Assembly (NCBI GenBank): GCA_003240795.1
Contig: QFNK01000001.1
Coordinates: 1 to 37,706, forward strand
Length of the DNA: 37,706 nucleotides
Source: Micavibrio aeruginosavorus
GTDB taxonomy: Bacteria > Pseudomonadota > Alphaproteobacteria > Micavibrionales > Micavibrionaceae
Reading direction: 5' to 3'
Position numbers and translations under genes: made by a program. Below, in pieces: positions 18,519 to 27,368 of this stretch; the stretch's first letter is position 1, and every line of letters begins with the position of its first letter. The notes below the pieces were generated by a model. The model searched no databases, was not told the origin of the DNA, and worked only from the letters and a program-made list of their open reading frames with translations.

Positions 18519-19009
18519 TCCGCGTTCCGCGCCTCGGTTTTTATCACTTCATAATCTCCCTCTATAATTTCCCCGTCGCGGACGCGGGAGAGGGAGTGTC
18601 GCAATTCGCTGGCCAGCATGATGGCGAAAGACGCGCCTGCGCCGAAAACGATCCAGAGCGGGATGGCGACAGCGCCGAACGCTCCGGCGATTCCGACCTG
18701 TCCGGGGACAAGCATAGCGGCCGCCGCGGTCAGTCCGACGCCAAAGCGGAACGAGGTTGAGCGGTCGTCCCACAAAACAGATTTCAGGGCGCGCAGGAGC
18801 GGCAACAAGTTCGAGACATGGCGGAAGGACGCGAAAATGCGGCGGAGTTTTTCCCGTTTTCTCTGGCCGCTGTTCCGGATGGCGAGCAGTTCGTCCAGCC
18901 AAGAAAGAAGAGCGCGTTTGTCGCGGTCGTCCGTCTCACGCATGATCAATGCCACGGCCTTCTGCTCGCGGCTGTCATTCGTGTTTCCTGTTTCGTGATT
19001 ATCGTTCAT
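18515..19009 (-). CDS. small membrane protein translationally coupled to the DUF815 ATPase gene
   Basis: The ATG at 19009 overlaps the upstream stop as ATGA. A charged N-terminal half is followed by a Gly/Ala-rich double TM segment (GVGLTAAAAMLVPGQVGIAGAFGAVAIPLWIVFGAGASFAIMLA). The track start at 19096 is over-extended. Confidence 0.55.
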   Translation of the reverse strand: MNDNHETGNTNDSREQKAVALIMRETDDRDKRALLSWLDELLAIRNSGQRKREKLRRIFASFRHVSNLLPLLRALKSVLWDDRSTSFRFGVGLTAAAAMLVPGQVGIAGAFGAVAIPLWIVFGAGASFAIMLASELRHSLSRVRDGEIIEGDYEVIKTEARNAD

Positions 19010-19863
19010 CCGATCCTCTTTTTCTGTGTTCCCGCGAGATGCTGGATATATTGCCAAGCGACACGGCCGGAGCGGTTGCCGCGCGTTCTGAACCATTCAA
19101 CCGCGCCCGCAGGATCGGCGTTCAAGCCATATGATTTCGCATAATTTTCGACCATTTCAAGATACTGGTCTTGCGAGCAGGGATAAAAACCGAGCCATAG
19201 GCCGAAGCGGTCGGAGAGGGAGACTTTTTCCTCTACACTTTCGCCCGGATGGATGGCGGTCGATTGTTCGTTCTCGATCATCTGGCGCGGAATCAAATGG
19301 CGGCGGTTTGAGGTTGCGTAGAAGATCACATTCTGCGGGCGCGTTTCGATGCCGCCTTCAAGAACGGCTTTCAGCGATTTGTATCCGCTGTCTTTTTCAT
19401 CGAAGGAAAGGTCGTCGCAGAACAGGATGAAACGCTTATCTCTTTCATCCCGCAGCAGGTCGAGAAGGAGCGGCAGCGCCGCGATATCCTCCCGGTAAAT
19501 TTCGATCAGGTGCAGCGGATGCGTTTTCGCAAGCTCCGCATGGATTGCCTTTACGAGCGAGCTCTTGCCCATGCCGCGTGCACCCCAGAGCAGGGCGTTG
19601 TTGGCGGCGTAGCCTTCCGCAAAACGCGCGGTGTTTTCGGCCAATGTCTCTTTCTGCTGTTCGATGCCGACCAGCATGCCGGCGGGCAGGGCGCCGGTAT
19701 CAGCGACGGGTTTGAGGGTTTTCGAGGCTGCCTGCCACAGCCAGGCGCGCGCGGCATCCCAGTTTTCCGGCTTTCTGGCCGCGCCGGTGCCTGCGCCGGA
19801 CTCCAGGGCATCAGCGATGCGGTTCAAGGTTTCGAGGAGGCTTTTTGCCTGTTGATCGTCCAT
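19006..19863 (-). CDS. DUF815-family AAA+ ATPase
   Basis: 285 aa. Walker A GARGMGKSSLVKA and Walker B ILFCDDLSFD. It lies divergent from yajC-secDF. Confidence 0.85.
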   Translation of the reverse strand: MDDQQAKSLLETLNRIADALESGAGTGAARKPENWDAARAWLWQAASKTLKPVADTGALPAGMLVGIEQQKETLAENTARFAEGYAANNALLWGARGMGKSSLVKAIHAELAKTHPLHLIEIYREDIAALPLLLDLLRDERDKRFILFCDDLSFDEKDSGYKSLKAVLEGGIETRPQNVIFYATSNRRHLIPRQMIENEQSTAIHPGESVEEKVSLSDRFGLWLGFYPCSQDQYLEMVENYAKSYGLNADPAGAVEWFRTRGNRSGRVAWQYIQHLAGTQKKRIG

Positions 19864-19950
19864 CTTTTCCTTCTTGCCTTTGAGTTTCAGGACGTTATAG
19901 TCCCGACGTCATTCAATTCCAATAATTTAGATGAAAAGGATCCTGTGTCC

Positions 19951-20343
19951 ATGCTGATATCCAACGCTTTCGCCCAAGAAGTCCCAGTGCCGCAAACGAC
20001 GGCGGAAACAGCCGTTCCCGGCACGGACCCCGCCGCTGTCCAAGCGCCGGACACGCAAAGCATCCTGATCCAGAATGTGGGCATGATCGTCCTTCTGGTC
20101 GTCATGTTCTACTTCCTTCTGATCCGTCCGCAGCAGAAGCGTTTCAAGGAACACAAGGAAATGGTCGATGCGCTGAAACCGGGTGACCGCGTTATCGTCG
20201 CCGGCGGCCTGATCGGCAAAGTCGATTCTTTTGTCGGCACGGACGAGGCTGTTGTCGACCTTGGCAACGGCACGAAAGTGACGGCGCTCCGCGGCATGCT
20301 TCAGGTGCGTGCTGAAAAAGGCGCGAACGAAAACAAGAAATAA
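19951..20343 (+). CDS. yajC: preprotein translocase subunit YajC
   Basis: MIVLLVVMFYFLLIRPQQKRFKEHKEMVDALKPGDRVIVAGGLIGKV is the YajC signature. The track ORF from 19510 is an over-extension across the divergent promoter. Confidence 0.9.
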   Translation: MLISNAFAQEVPVPQTTAETAVPGTDPAAVQAPDTQSILIQNVGMIVLLVVMFYFLLIRPQQKRFKEHKEMVDALKPGDRVIVAGGLIGKVDSFVGTDEAVVDLGNGTKVTALRGMLQVRAEKGANENKK

Positions 20344-20374
20344 GCCTTACGGCTTTTAAAGACTGGGAAGTCCT

Positions 20375-21946
20375 ATGGTCCAGATCCCCCTGTGGAAACG
20401 TATCCTTATTATCGGCGCGGTCGTTTTGTCCGTGCTGTTTTCCGCGCCGAATTTTGTTCCCAAGGAATCGCGGGAACAAATTCTGGGGGCTCTGCCATCC
20501 TGGCTTCCGCATAAAACGGTCAATCTCGGCCTCGACCTTCAGGGGGGATCGCATATCCTTCTGCAGGTCGATCTGGCCAGCGTAACGAAACAGCGTTCGG
20601 AAGATCTGGTCGCAAGCTTGCGTCCTGCGCTGCGTGATCAGAAAATCGGTTACAAACGTCTGGCCGTCCTGCCGAACGGCGGTATCCGCGTGCAGATGCG
20701 TGACGCAAATGACGCGGCGGCCGTCCGTAAGGCGATTGCGTCGCTGGACAATACATTGTCCCTGTCCGCGCCGTCGCCGGACACGATCGAGGGGATTTTC
20801 GCTGAAACGGCGATCCGCCAGATCAAAGACGACATTATCAACCAGTCGCTGGAAATCGTCCGCCGCCGTAGCGACGAGACGGGAACGAACGAGCCGACCA
20901 TCCAGCGTCAGGGCGAGGACCGCATCGTGGTCCAGCTTCCGGGCCTCGATGACCCGGACCGCGTGAAGCAGCTTCTGGGACGCACCGCGAAACTGTCGTT
21001 CCATATGGTGAATATGAATGTCGCGGAGAGCAATGTCCGCACGGGTGGCGGCGACATGATCCTCCCAATGGCGGAGCAGCCGGGTCAGACGCTGGCGGTC
21101 GAACGCCGCGCGATGCTGACGGGTGATATGCTGACGGCGGCATCCTACGCGCAGGACCAGAACGGCCAGCCTGCCGTTTCCTTCCGTTTCAACCCGATCG
21201 GGACAAAGCGTTTCTGCGACCTGTCGCGTGAAAACGTCAACCGCCTGTTCGCCATCGTTCTGGACGGCGAGGTCATTTCCGCGCCTGTGATCCGTGAACC
21301 GATCTGCGGCGGTTCAGGCCAGATTTCGGGCAGCTTTACGCTCAAGGAAGCCAACGATCTTGCGATCCTGCTCCGCGCCGGTGCGCTTCCCGCGCCGCTT
21401 CATATTGTAGAAGAGCGCACGGTCGGCCCATCGCTGGGCGCGGACTCCATCGCGGCCGGTGAGAAGGCCGTTGTCATGGGGCTTGCCCTCGTTTTCGTCC
21501 TGATGGTCGGAACTTACAGCCTGTTCGGTATCTTCGCCTGTATCGGCATGATCGTGAACCTTGCCATCTGTATCGCGTTCCTGTCCGTTTTGCAGGCGAC
21601 GCTGACCATGCCGGGGATTGCGGGCCTTGTCCTGACCGTTGCCATGTCGGTCGATGCAAACGTCCTGATTTTCGAACGCATCCGCGAAGAGCTTCGTGAA
21701 GGGCGCTCCGCGATCTCGGCTATCGACAACGGATTCCGCATCGCGTTTGCGACCATTCTCGACTCCAACCTGACGGCGCTGTTCGCCGCGCTGATCCTGT
21801 TCTCCTTCGGAACGGGGCCTATCAAGGGCTTTGCCGTCACGACCGCCATCGGCGTCGTTGCCTCCTTCTTCACGGCCAGCACGGTTGTCCGCCTGATGAT
21901 CGTGTACTGGCTCGGCCGCAAACGTCCTGCAACGCTGCCCGTTTAA
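20375..21946 (+). CDS. secD: protein translocase subunit SecD
   Basis: 523 aa. LGLDLQGGSHILLQVD, a large periplasmic domain and a C-terminal 5-TM block with SVDANVLIFERIREE. Confidence 0.96.
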   Translation: MVQIPLWKRILIIGAVVLSVLFSAPNFVPKESREQILGALPSWLPHKTVNLGLDLQGGSHILLQVDLASVTKQRSEDLVASLRPALRDQKIGYKRLAVLPNGGIRVQMRDANDAAAVRKAIASLDNTLSLSAPSPDTIEGIFAETAIRQIKDDIINQSLEIVRRRSDETGTNEPTIQRQGEDRIVVQLPGLDDPDRVKQLLGRTAKLSFHMVNMNVAESNVRTGGGDMILPMAEQPGQTLAVERRAMLTGDMLTAASYAQDQNGQPAVSFRFNPIGTKRFCDLSRENVNRLFAIVLDGEVISAPVIREPICGGSGQISGSFTLKEANDLAILLRAGALPAPLHIVEERTVGPSLGADSIAAGEKAVVMGLALVFVLMVGTYSLFGIFACIGMIVNLAICIAFLSVLQATLTMPGIAGLVLTVAMSVDANVLIFERIREELREGRSAISAIDNGFRIAFATILDSNLTALFAALILFSFGTGPIKGFAVTTAIGVVASFFTASTVVRLMIVYWLGRKRPATLPV

Positions 21947-21965
21947 AGAATAGGAATTCAAGCAC

Positions 21966-22916
21966 ATGTGGACAGGCATTAAAGTTATCCCCGATCACAC
22001 GAATATCGATTTCGTCGGTCAGCGCTGGATTTCCTTCATCATTACCGGGACGATGATCGTCGCATCGATATTCCTGATCGCCACGCGCGGTCTGAATTAC
22101 GGGATCGATTTCACGGGCGGCACGCTGATCGAGATATCGACCGAGCAGACGCCCGACCTCGCGGCGCTTCGCGAAGACCTTAACAATCTTGATCTTGGCG
22201 ATATCTCGCTTCAGGAATTCGGCAATGCCAACACGCTTCTGATCCGCGTTCCGGCGCAGGGCGAAGATCCGGAAGTGCAGAAGGCAGCCATTGAAACGGT
22301 CCGCGCCGAGATAGAAAAGGATTACGCCGGTGTCGATTACCGCCGTGTCGAATTCGTCGGCCCGCAGGTGGGGGAGGAGCTGAAGCAAAAAGGCTTCCTC
22401 GCCATTATCTTCTCGCTTCTCGGCATCATGGCCTATGTCTGGTTCCGTTTTGAATGGCAGTTCGGTCTGGCCGCTGTTATCTCTCTGATCCATGACGTTC
22501 TCGCGGTTCTGGGCTTTATGGCGTTCACCGGCATGACGTTCGATCTTTCGACTCTGGCCGCCGTTCTGATGGTTGCGGGTTTTTCGATCAACGACACCGT
22601 CGTTATCTTCGACCGTATCCGCGAGATCATGCGCAAATACCGGAAGAAGCCTCTGGAAGAAGTCTGCAATATCGCGATCAACCAGACCTTGTCCCGTACC
22701 TTCATGACGGGGATGCTGACGCTTCTTGCGCTCCTATCCCTGTGGGTATTCGGCGGCGAGGTTATCCAGGTGTTCGTGGACGCGCTGCTGTTCGGCTTTA
22801 TCATCGGTACGTATTCGTCCGTTTACGTGGCCGCGCCGCTGCTGCTTTACATGCGCCTTCGCCCGCCGGCCGAACGTCCTGCGGATAAGGACGAGCCGGT
22901 TGCCGCGCGCGATTGA
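21966..22916 (+). CDS. secF: protein translocase subunit SecF
   Basis: 316 aa. GLNYGIDFTGGTLIE and FSINDTVVIFDRIRE. Confidence 0.96.
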   Translation: MWTGIKVIPDHTNIDFVGQRWISFIITGTMIVASIFLIATRGLNYGIDFTGGTLIEISTEQTPDLAALREDLNNLDLGDISLQEFGNANTLLIRVPAQGEDPEVQKAAIETVRAEIEKDYAGVDYRRVEFVGPQVGEELKQKGFLAIIFSLLGIMAYVWFRFEWQFGLAAVISLIHDVLAVLGFMAFTGMTFDLSTLAAVLMVAGFSINDTVVIFDRIREIMRKYRKKPLEEVCNIAINQTLSRTFMTGMLTLLALLSLWVFGGEVIQVFVDALLFGFIIGTYSSVYVAAPLLLYMRLRPPAERPADKDEPVAARD

Positions 22917-22996
22917 ATTGTTCCGTAAAACATTCTAATTTCGATGCCGTAGCAAGGCGTTGATCGTAAGCCTTGCATCCAAAGGGAGCCCGAATA

Positions 22997-24001
22997 ATGA
23001 CCAAATCCGTAACGAAAAATATCCTGCTTGTCAGCGTCGCCCTGGTTGCGCTCTCGGCCTGCGCTTCGGAAAAAGGGCCGGGCGCGATCGGCACGAAGAA
23101 CGATATCGTCGTTCGTAACAAGGGCATCCCGGGATATCAGGAACCACAGACGGCCGACGCCGCCGCGCCCGCACAGCAGGGTGATTTTACAACAGCGACG
23201 GAGCAGGGCGAAGCCGCTCCGGCCCCTGCGGTTGAAAGCGCGGAAGCCCTGCCGGAACAATCCCCGGCCGTCGATGCCGCCGCACAGCAGGCCACCGAGG
23301 CACAGGCGCCCATCCCCGCAACCACAAACGCGCCCATGAGCGAGGCGCCGAATGCGTCGCCCGCGGCATCCGCCGTTGCAACGCAGGCGGACCCTGTCGA
23401 TCAGACACTTCCCGTAGAACCTGTTCCACAAACGGCCACGACCAATGTGCCGCCGCCGGAAACTATTCCGTCCTCCGCACCCCAGCCTGTTCAACAGCGT
23501 ACATCGTCCGTTTATCCGGCCGGTGATTATCCGCAACAGCCCGCCGCGCCAGCGCCAGTGCCTACGGACGTTTCCGTTCCGCTGCAGCGTGCCGAGCAGC
23601 CGGCTGCCTCTGCATCTGCTGCTCCGGTTATGACGGAAGCAGCGCCTGCCGTTGAAACGCCGGCCGTTACATATGTTTACGCTCCGGCGCCATCGGGCTA
23701 CGTGCCTGCAAATCCGAATGCGCCATATTCGCCTAAAGATGCCGCTGCCTATGCCGCTTCCAAGGGAGCGGCTGCCACAGCTTCGCCGGACGTTCCGGGC
23801 GCACCGCTGAACCTGTCCGACAAGGTCGTGATCCGCTCGGCCCAGGCCGCGCTGAAGGCGAAGGGCAGTTATTCCGGTGTGGAGGACGGCACGATCAACG
23901 CCGAATTCCTCAACGCGCTCAGCCTGTATCAGGGGCAGAACAAACTGCCGCAGGGCGGTCTGAACAATGACACGCTGCGTTCCCTGGGCGTTATCGAATA
24001 A
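22997..24001 (+). CDS. Pro/Ala-rich lipoprotein with a C-terminal peptidoglycan-binding (PG_binding_1-like) domain
   Basis: AAAGGGAG lies 8 nt upstream of the ATG at 22997. Lipobox VALSAC, about 230 aa of low-complexity P/A/Q-rich spacer, then VIRSAQAALKAKGSYSGVEDGTINAEFLNALSLYQGQNKLPQGGLNNDTLRSLGV. Confidence 0.75.
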   Translation: MTKSVTKNILLVSVALVALSACASEKGPGAIGTKNDIVVRNKGIPGYQEPQTADAAAPAQQGDFTTATEQGEAAPAPAVESAEALPEQSPAVDAAAQQATEAQAPIPATTNAPMSEAPNASPAASAVATQADPVDQTLPVEPVPQTATTNVPPPETIPSSAPQPVQQRTSSVYPAGDYPQQPAAPAPVPTDVSVPLQRAEQPAASASAAPVMTEAAPAVETPAVTYVYAPAPSGYVPANPNAPYSPKDAAAYAASKGAAATASPDVPGAPLNLSDKVVIRSAQAALKAKGSYSGVEDGTINAEFLNALSLYQGQNKLPQGGLNNDTLRSLGVIE

Positions 24002-24010
24002 GGTTACCCC

Positions 24011-24388
24011 ATGGACGTAACGCCGCTTATCCCCGAAGGCCGTCAGGTCATCCAGAATTATGGCGGCGGCGGTTTCAAGGTCAGCGGTCAGGCGCATACT
24101 GGCGCTGTCATTGTTACGCCGGTCGCGACCGCGGCGTGGGATGTACCAACGAAATTTTCCGACCTTCGTGAAACGCATTTCGATGTGGAAATACTTGCGG
24201 ATTCCGGCATCGACATTCTGCTTCTCGGCTGCGGCGCGAAGGGGGAGTTCGTTTCTCCCGCGCTTCGCAAAGCCTTGAAGGAGAAGGGGCTTACCGTTGA
24301 TTCGATGGATACGGGCGCGGCATGTCGCACCTATAACGTCTTGATGGCGGAAGGCCGCCGTGTCGCCGCCGCCCTGATGCCATTTTAA
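24011..24388 (+). CDS. Mth938-like domain protein (DUF498, NDUFAF3-like)
   Basis: 125 aa. IQNYGGGGFKVSGQAHTGAVIV...IDILLLGCG...MDTGAACRTYNVLMAEGRRVAAALMP. Confidence 0.85.
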   Translation: MDVTPLIPEGRQVIQNYGGGGFKVSGQAHTGAVIVTPVATAAWDVPTKFSDLRETHFDVEILADSGIDILLLGCGAKGEFVSPALRKALKEKGLTVDSMDTGAACRTYNVLMAEGRRVAAALMPF

Positions 24389-24393
24389 AAACC

Positions 24394-24666
24394 ATGCGCC
24401 TTCTGTTCTGTCTGTTTCTTTTTCTATTCGGCGTTTTTGTGACCGTGCCGGTCATGGCAGATTCTTACGGGGTGATGGTTCCAACCGTGGAAACGGTTTC
24501 GGACGACCACCACCCGCAGGAAGGCGAGCCGGAAAAAATCGCCCGCTACAACTTCTCCAAGGTGCTTTATTTACCGCGCGATGAAACGCAATTGCCTTTT
24601 GCGTCGTTGTTGCTTACGCGTCTGTCCGTCAATTTATGGCGGCCACCGAAAAACGTTGCCGCCTGA
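24394..24666 (+). CDS. small predicted secreted protein, hypothetical
   Basis: 90 aa with a signal-peptide-like N-terminus (MRLLFCLFLFLFGVFVTVPVMA). It starts 6 nt after the Mth938 stop. No SD and no family recognised. Confidence 0.4.
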   Translation: MRLLFCLFLFLFGVFVTVPVMADSYGVMVPTVETVSDDHHPQEGEPEKIARYNFSKVLYLPRDETQLPFASLLLTRLSVNLWRPPKNVAA

Positions 24667-24727
24667 TAACAGGCGAAATTAAAAACACTACCCATTTATC
24701 TGATTTACCTTTTAGAAGGACATTTTT

Positions 24728-25462
24728 ATGCTCGAACTATTCTCCTCTCCCGAGGTGCTTGCCAGCTTGCTGACGCTGACCATCCTCGAAATCGTTCTCG
24801 GTATCGACAACATCATCTTTATCTCCATCGTGGCGTCCCGCCTGCCGAAGGAACAACAGGCGAAGGCCCGCACCATCGGTCTCGGCCTCGCGCTGATCAT
24901 GCGTCTTGTCCTTCTGTCTATGATCGCCTGGCTGGCAAGCCTTACAGCGCCGCTGTTCAACGCGTTCGGGCAGGAAATATCCTGGCGCGACATCATCCTG
25001 ATTGTCGGGGGATTGTTCCTGATGGTCAAAGGGACGATGGAAATTCACCACTCCGTCGAAGGAAGCCATGACCAGGACAAGAACACGCTGAAAAAAGTTA
25101 CGATGGGCGCGGTTCTGGCGCAGATCGTCGTGCTCGATATCGTCTTCTCGCTCGATTCCGTCATCACGGCGATCGGTATGGTGGACGAGCTGGCCGTCAT
25201 GGTCGCGGCCGTTATTATCGCGATGGCCGTCATGCTGTTCGCCGCCCGTCCGGTCAGCGAATTCGTCAACGCACACCCGACCGTGAAAATGCTGGCGCTC
25301 AGCTTCCTTCTGCTCGTCGGTATGGCGCTTGTGGCGGATGGTTTCGAATACCACATCGAGCGCGGGTTCCTTTACTTCGCCGTCGGCTTCTCCCTCGGCG
25401 TGGAGTGCCTCAACCTTTGGGCACAGAAGAACAAGCAAAAGAAGCTGGCCGCAGGCAAATAG
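24728..25462 (+). CDS. TerC family integral membrane protein
   Basis: 244 aa. LEIVLGIDNIIFISI and DIVFSLDSVITAIGM repeats are typical of TerC. GAAGGA SD. Confidence 0.9.
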   Translation: MLELFSSPEVLASLLTLTILEIVLGIDNIIFISIVASRLPKEQQAKARTIGLGLALIMRLVLLSMIAWLASLTAPLFNAFGQEISWRDIILIVGGLFLMVKGTMEIHHSVEGSHDQDKNTLKKVTMGAVLAQIVVLDIVFSLDSVITAIGMVDELAVMVAAVIIAMAVMLFAARPVSEFVNAHPTVKMLALSFLLLVGMALVADGFEYHIERGFLYFAVGFSLGVECLNLWAQKNKQKKLAAGK

Positions 25463-25478
25463 GCTTGCGATCAAATAA

Positions 25479-25508
25479 GAAAAAGGCCGGAGTGATCCGG
25501 CCTTTTTT
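25479..25508. terminator. bidirectional rho-independent terminator between TerC and sodB
   Basis: AAAAA-GGCCGGA-gtga-TCCGGCC-TTTTTT. Confidence 0.85.
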
Positions 25509-25525
25509 GTTGTGTTATCGGTATG

Positions 25526-26152
25526 TTATGCCGCGATTTTCAGCGGGCCTTTTTCGTAGAGTTCGGCCACGTAGTCCCAGTTGATCAGATTATCAACGAA
25601 CGCTTCCAGATATTTCGGGCGCGCGTTGCGGTAGTCGATATAGTAGGAGTGTTCCCACACATCGACGCCGAGCAAGGCGGTCTTGCCATGAACGACCGGA
25701 TTTTCACCGTTCGGCGTTTTCGTAATTTCCAGTTTGCCGGATGCGTTGTCGAGTGTCAGCCACGCCCATCCGGAGCCGAATTGCGTCGTGCCGGCCTCGA
25801 CGAGTTTCTTTTTAAAGCCGTCGAATCCTTCGAGATCCGACTGGATCTGCGCTTCCAGCTTGCCGGGGATCTTGTTCCCGCCGCCGTTTTTCTTCATCCA
25901 GTTCCAGAAATGAATGTGGTTGTAATGCTGGCCCAGCTGGTTGAACAGGCCGGCCTTGGATTTGTCCTTGAAGGCGGCGACCATGGCTTCTTCGAGCGAG
26001 AGGTTTTCAAGGCCCGTTCCGGCGATCAGCTCGTTGCCCTTGTCGACATAGGCCTTGTGATGTTTGTCGTGGTGGAATTCCAGCGTTTCCGCGGACATAT
26101 AAGGTGCCAGCGCGTCATAGGAATAAGGCAATTCGGGAAGTGTAAATGCCAT
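25526..26152 (-). CDS. sodB: iron superoxide dismutase
   Basis: 208 aa. AFTLPELPYSYDALAPYMSAETLEFHHDKHH and DVWEHSYYIDYRNARPKY are Fe-type signatures. Confidence 0.95.
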   Translation of the reverse strand: MAFTLPELPYSYDALAPYMSAETLEFHHDKHHKAYVDKGNELIAGTGLENLSLEEAMVAAFKDKSKAGLFNQLGQHYNHIHFWNWMKKNGGGNKIPGKLEAQIQSDLEGFDGFKKKLVEAGTTQFGSGWAWLTLDNASGKLEITKTPNGENPVVHGKTALLGVDVWEHSYYIDYRNARPKYLEAFVDNLINWDYVAELYEKGPLKIAA

Positions 26153-26242
26153 AACAATATCTCCTTCTTTTCATCGGTGAATCAAAATGCTAACTGCTAA
26201 CCTATAGCTTTTGTTCAATATCTCAAGACGGTTCGGGCGGTC

Positions 26243-27037
26243 ATGACGGCATCTTTTATAGTAGACGAATTGAAGGCGGTTGATTACGACCGCTACCTGC
26301 TCGGTTTTTTCGTGCCGCGTGCGGTGAGGGAAGGGGTGTGGGCGCTTTACCTGCTCAACCATGAAATCGCGCGAACGCGGTCGATGGTGACGGATACCAA
26401 TCTCGGGCTGATCCGTCTTCAGTGGTGGCGGGATGAAATTGCGCGTTTGTATGACGGGCGGGGCTGTGGACAAATTCCGGTGTTATCCACACTGGCACCG
26501 TATGTCGAGCGCTACGGATTAAAGCAGGATTATTTTGACCAGATCATTTACGCACGCGAATTCGATCTGGAGGATCGTCCGCCATCGAATGAGGAGGGCC
26601 TATGTAATTATGCACGTTTTTTGGGCGAGCCGTTGAACAGGCTGGCGCTGCAAATGATTGGTGGAAATGTCGATGATGGCGAAGTGATTGATATATCAAG
26701 AAATTTTGAATTGATGAAACTCATACGCGGCGTGCCGTTTATGCTGAGTGAGGGGCGATTTTATTTGCCGCAAAATTGGGTGGATTCAAAGGGACTTAGT
26801 GTCGATAAACTCGTTAATAACAATGAGAAAAGTGCAATTGTTGATATGGTTGAAAGGGCTTCTTCGCTTGTCGTTCCGTATCGAAAGCCTGAAAATCGTT
26901 TCTTATGTGTTCAGCAAAAAATGACTGACATTTGGCTGAAAAAACTAAGAAAAAATGGATTTGACGTTTTTAATAGCCATAATCACGTGAATCCAAAATT
27001 TTTTGGATTACGTCTATTGTTTTCGCCGCGTGGCTGA
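26243..27037 (+). CDS. squalene/phytoene synthase family protein (NDUFAF6-like)
   Basis: 264 aa. DYDRYL...ALYLLNHEIARTR...RLQWWRDEI pattern of the non-catalytic alphaproteobacterial NDUFAF6-like subgroup. The 3' third is noticeably AT-richer. Confidence 0.8.
   Translation: MTASFIVDELKAVDYDRYLLGFFVPRAVREGVWALYLLNHEIARTRSMVTDTNLGLIRLQWWRDEIARLYDGRGCGQIPVLSTLAPYVERYGLKQDYFDQIIYAREFDLEDRPPSNEEGLCNYARFLGEPLNRLALQMIGGNVDDGEVIDISRNFELMKLIRGVPFMLSEGRFYLPQNWVDSKGLSVDKLVNNNEKSAIVDMVERASSLVVPYRKPENRFLCVQQKMTDIWLKKLRKNGFDVFNSHNHVNPKFFGLRLLFSPRG
26465..26491. repeat. 27-bp palindrome of two head-to-head DnaA-box 9-mers, copy A (TGTGGACAA-N9-TTATCCACA)
   Basis: Read directly: TGTGGACAA attccggtg TTATCCACA, inside the NDUFAF6-like CDS. 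Arms and 9-nt spacing are the same as at 32577-32603. Confidence 0.6.
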
Positions 27038-27341
27038 CGTCATCCAATTGTCTGATGCTTAAATTTTGTGGGAAGGCCAAAATTTTTGTAGCGACGCATT
27101 TTGGGTTCGCTCTGTACGTCTCTTAAAGGCATAAAATTCCATCTTTCGATACAGTGGGTCTTTGAGTTTTTGGCTGTGTCTGGTCGTAGCGAAAATACGC
27201 ATTTTAATGTCCAAAATGCCTTTGAAATCGCCATTTTAAGCGTTTTTGAAGATTTTTAAAAACCGGAAGCTGGCGGGGATTTTTTGCCGTTCCCGACACC
27301 ATTGCCGTACTTGGCACTTTGCAAGTTTGTGTGGCCTGTGC

Positions 27342-27364
27342 CATGCAAATGGGAAGTTTGCATG
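27342..27364. repeat. perfect 8-bp inverted repeat CATGCAAA-N7-TTTGCATG in the AT-rich spacer
   Basis: Read directly. It sits 4 nt upstream of the orphan plus-strand terminator hairpin. Confidence 0.5.
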
Positions 27365-27368
27365 CGCC

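Noticed and set aside
24667-24727. yybP-ykoY (Mn) riboswitch upstream of the TerC-family gene.
   Set aside because: The leader is only about 60 nt and AT-rich, too short for the four-helix element. No conserved motifs were seen.
27040-27234. The 64-aa minus-strand ORF (…KTHCIERWNFMPLRDVQSEPKMRRYKNFG…) as a remnant of an IS1-like transposase C-terminus.
   Set aside because: The resemblance to the T-x-x-IER-x-N-x-x-LR motif is short and degenerate. No inverted repeats, upstream DDE region or target duplication could be found. I keep it only as an alternative explanation for the AT-rich spacer.
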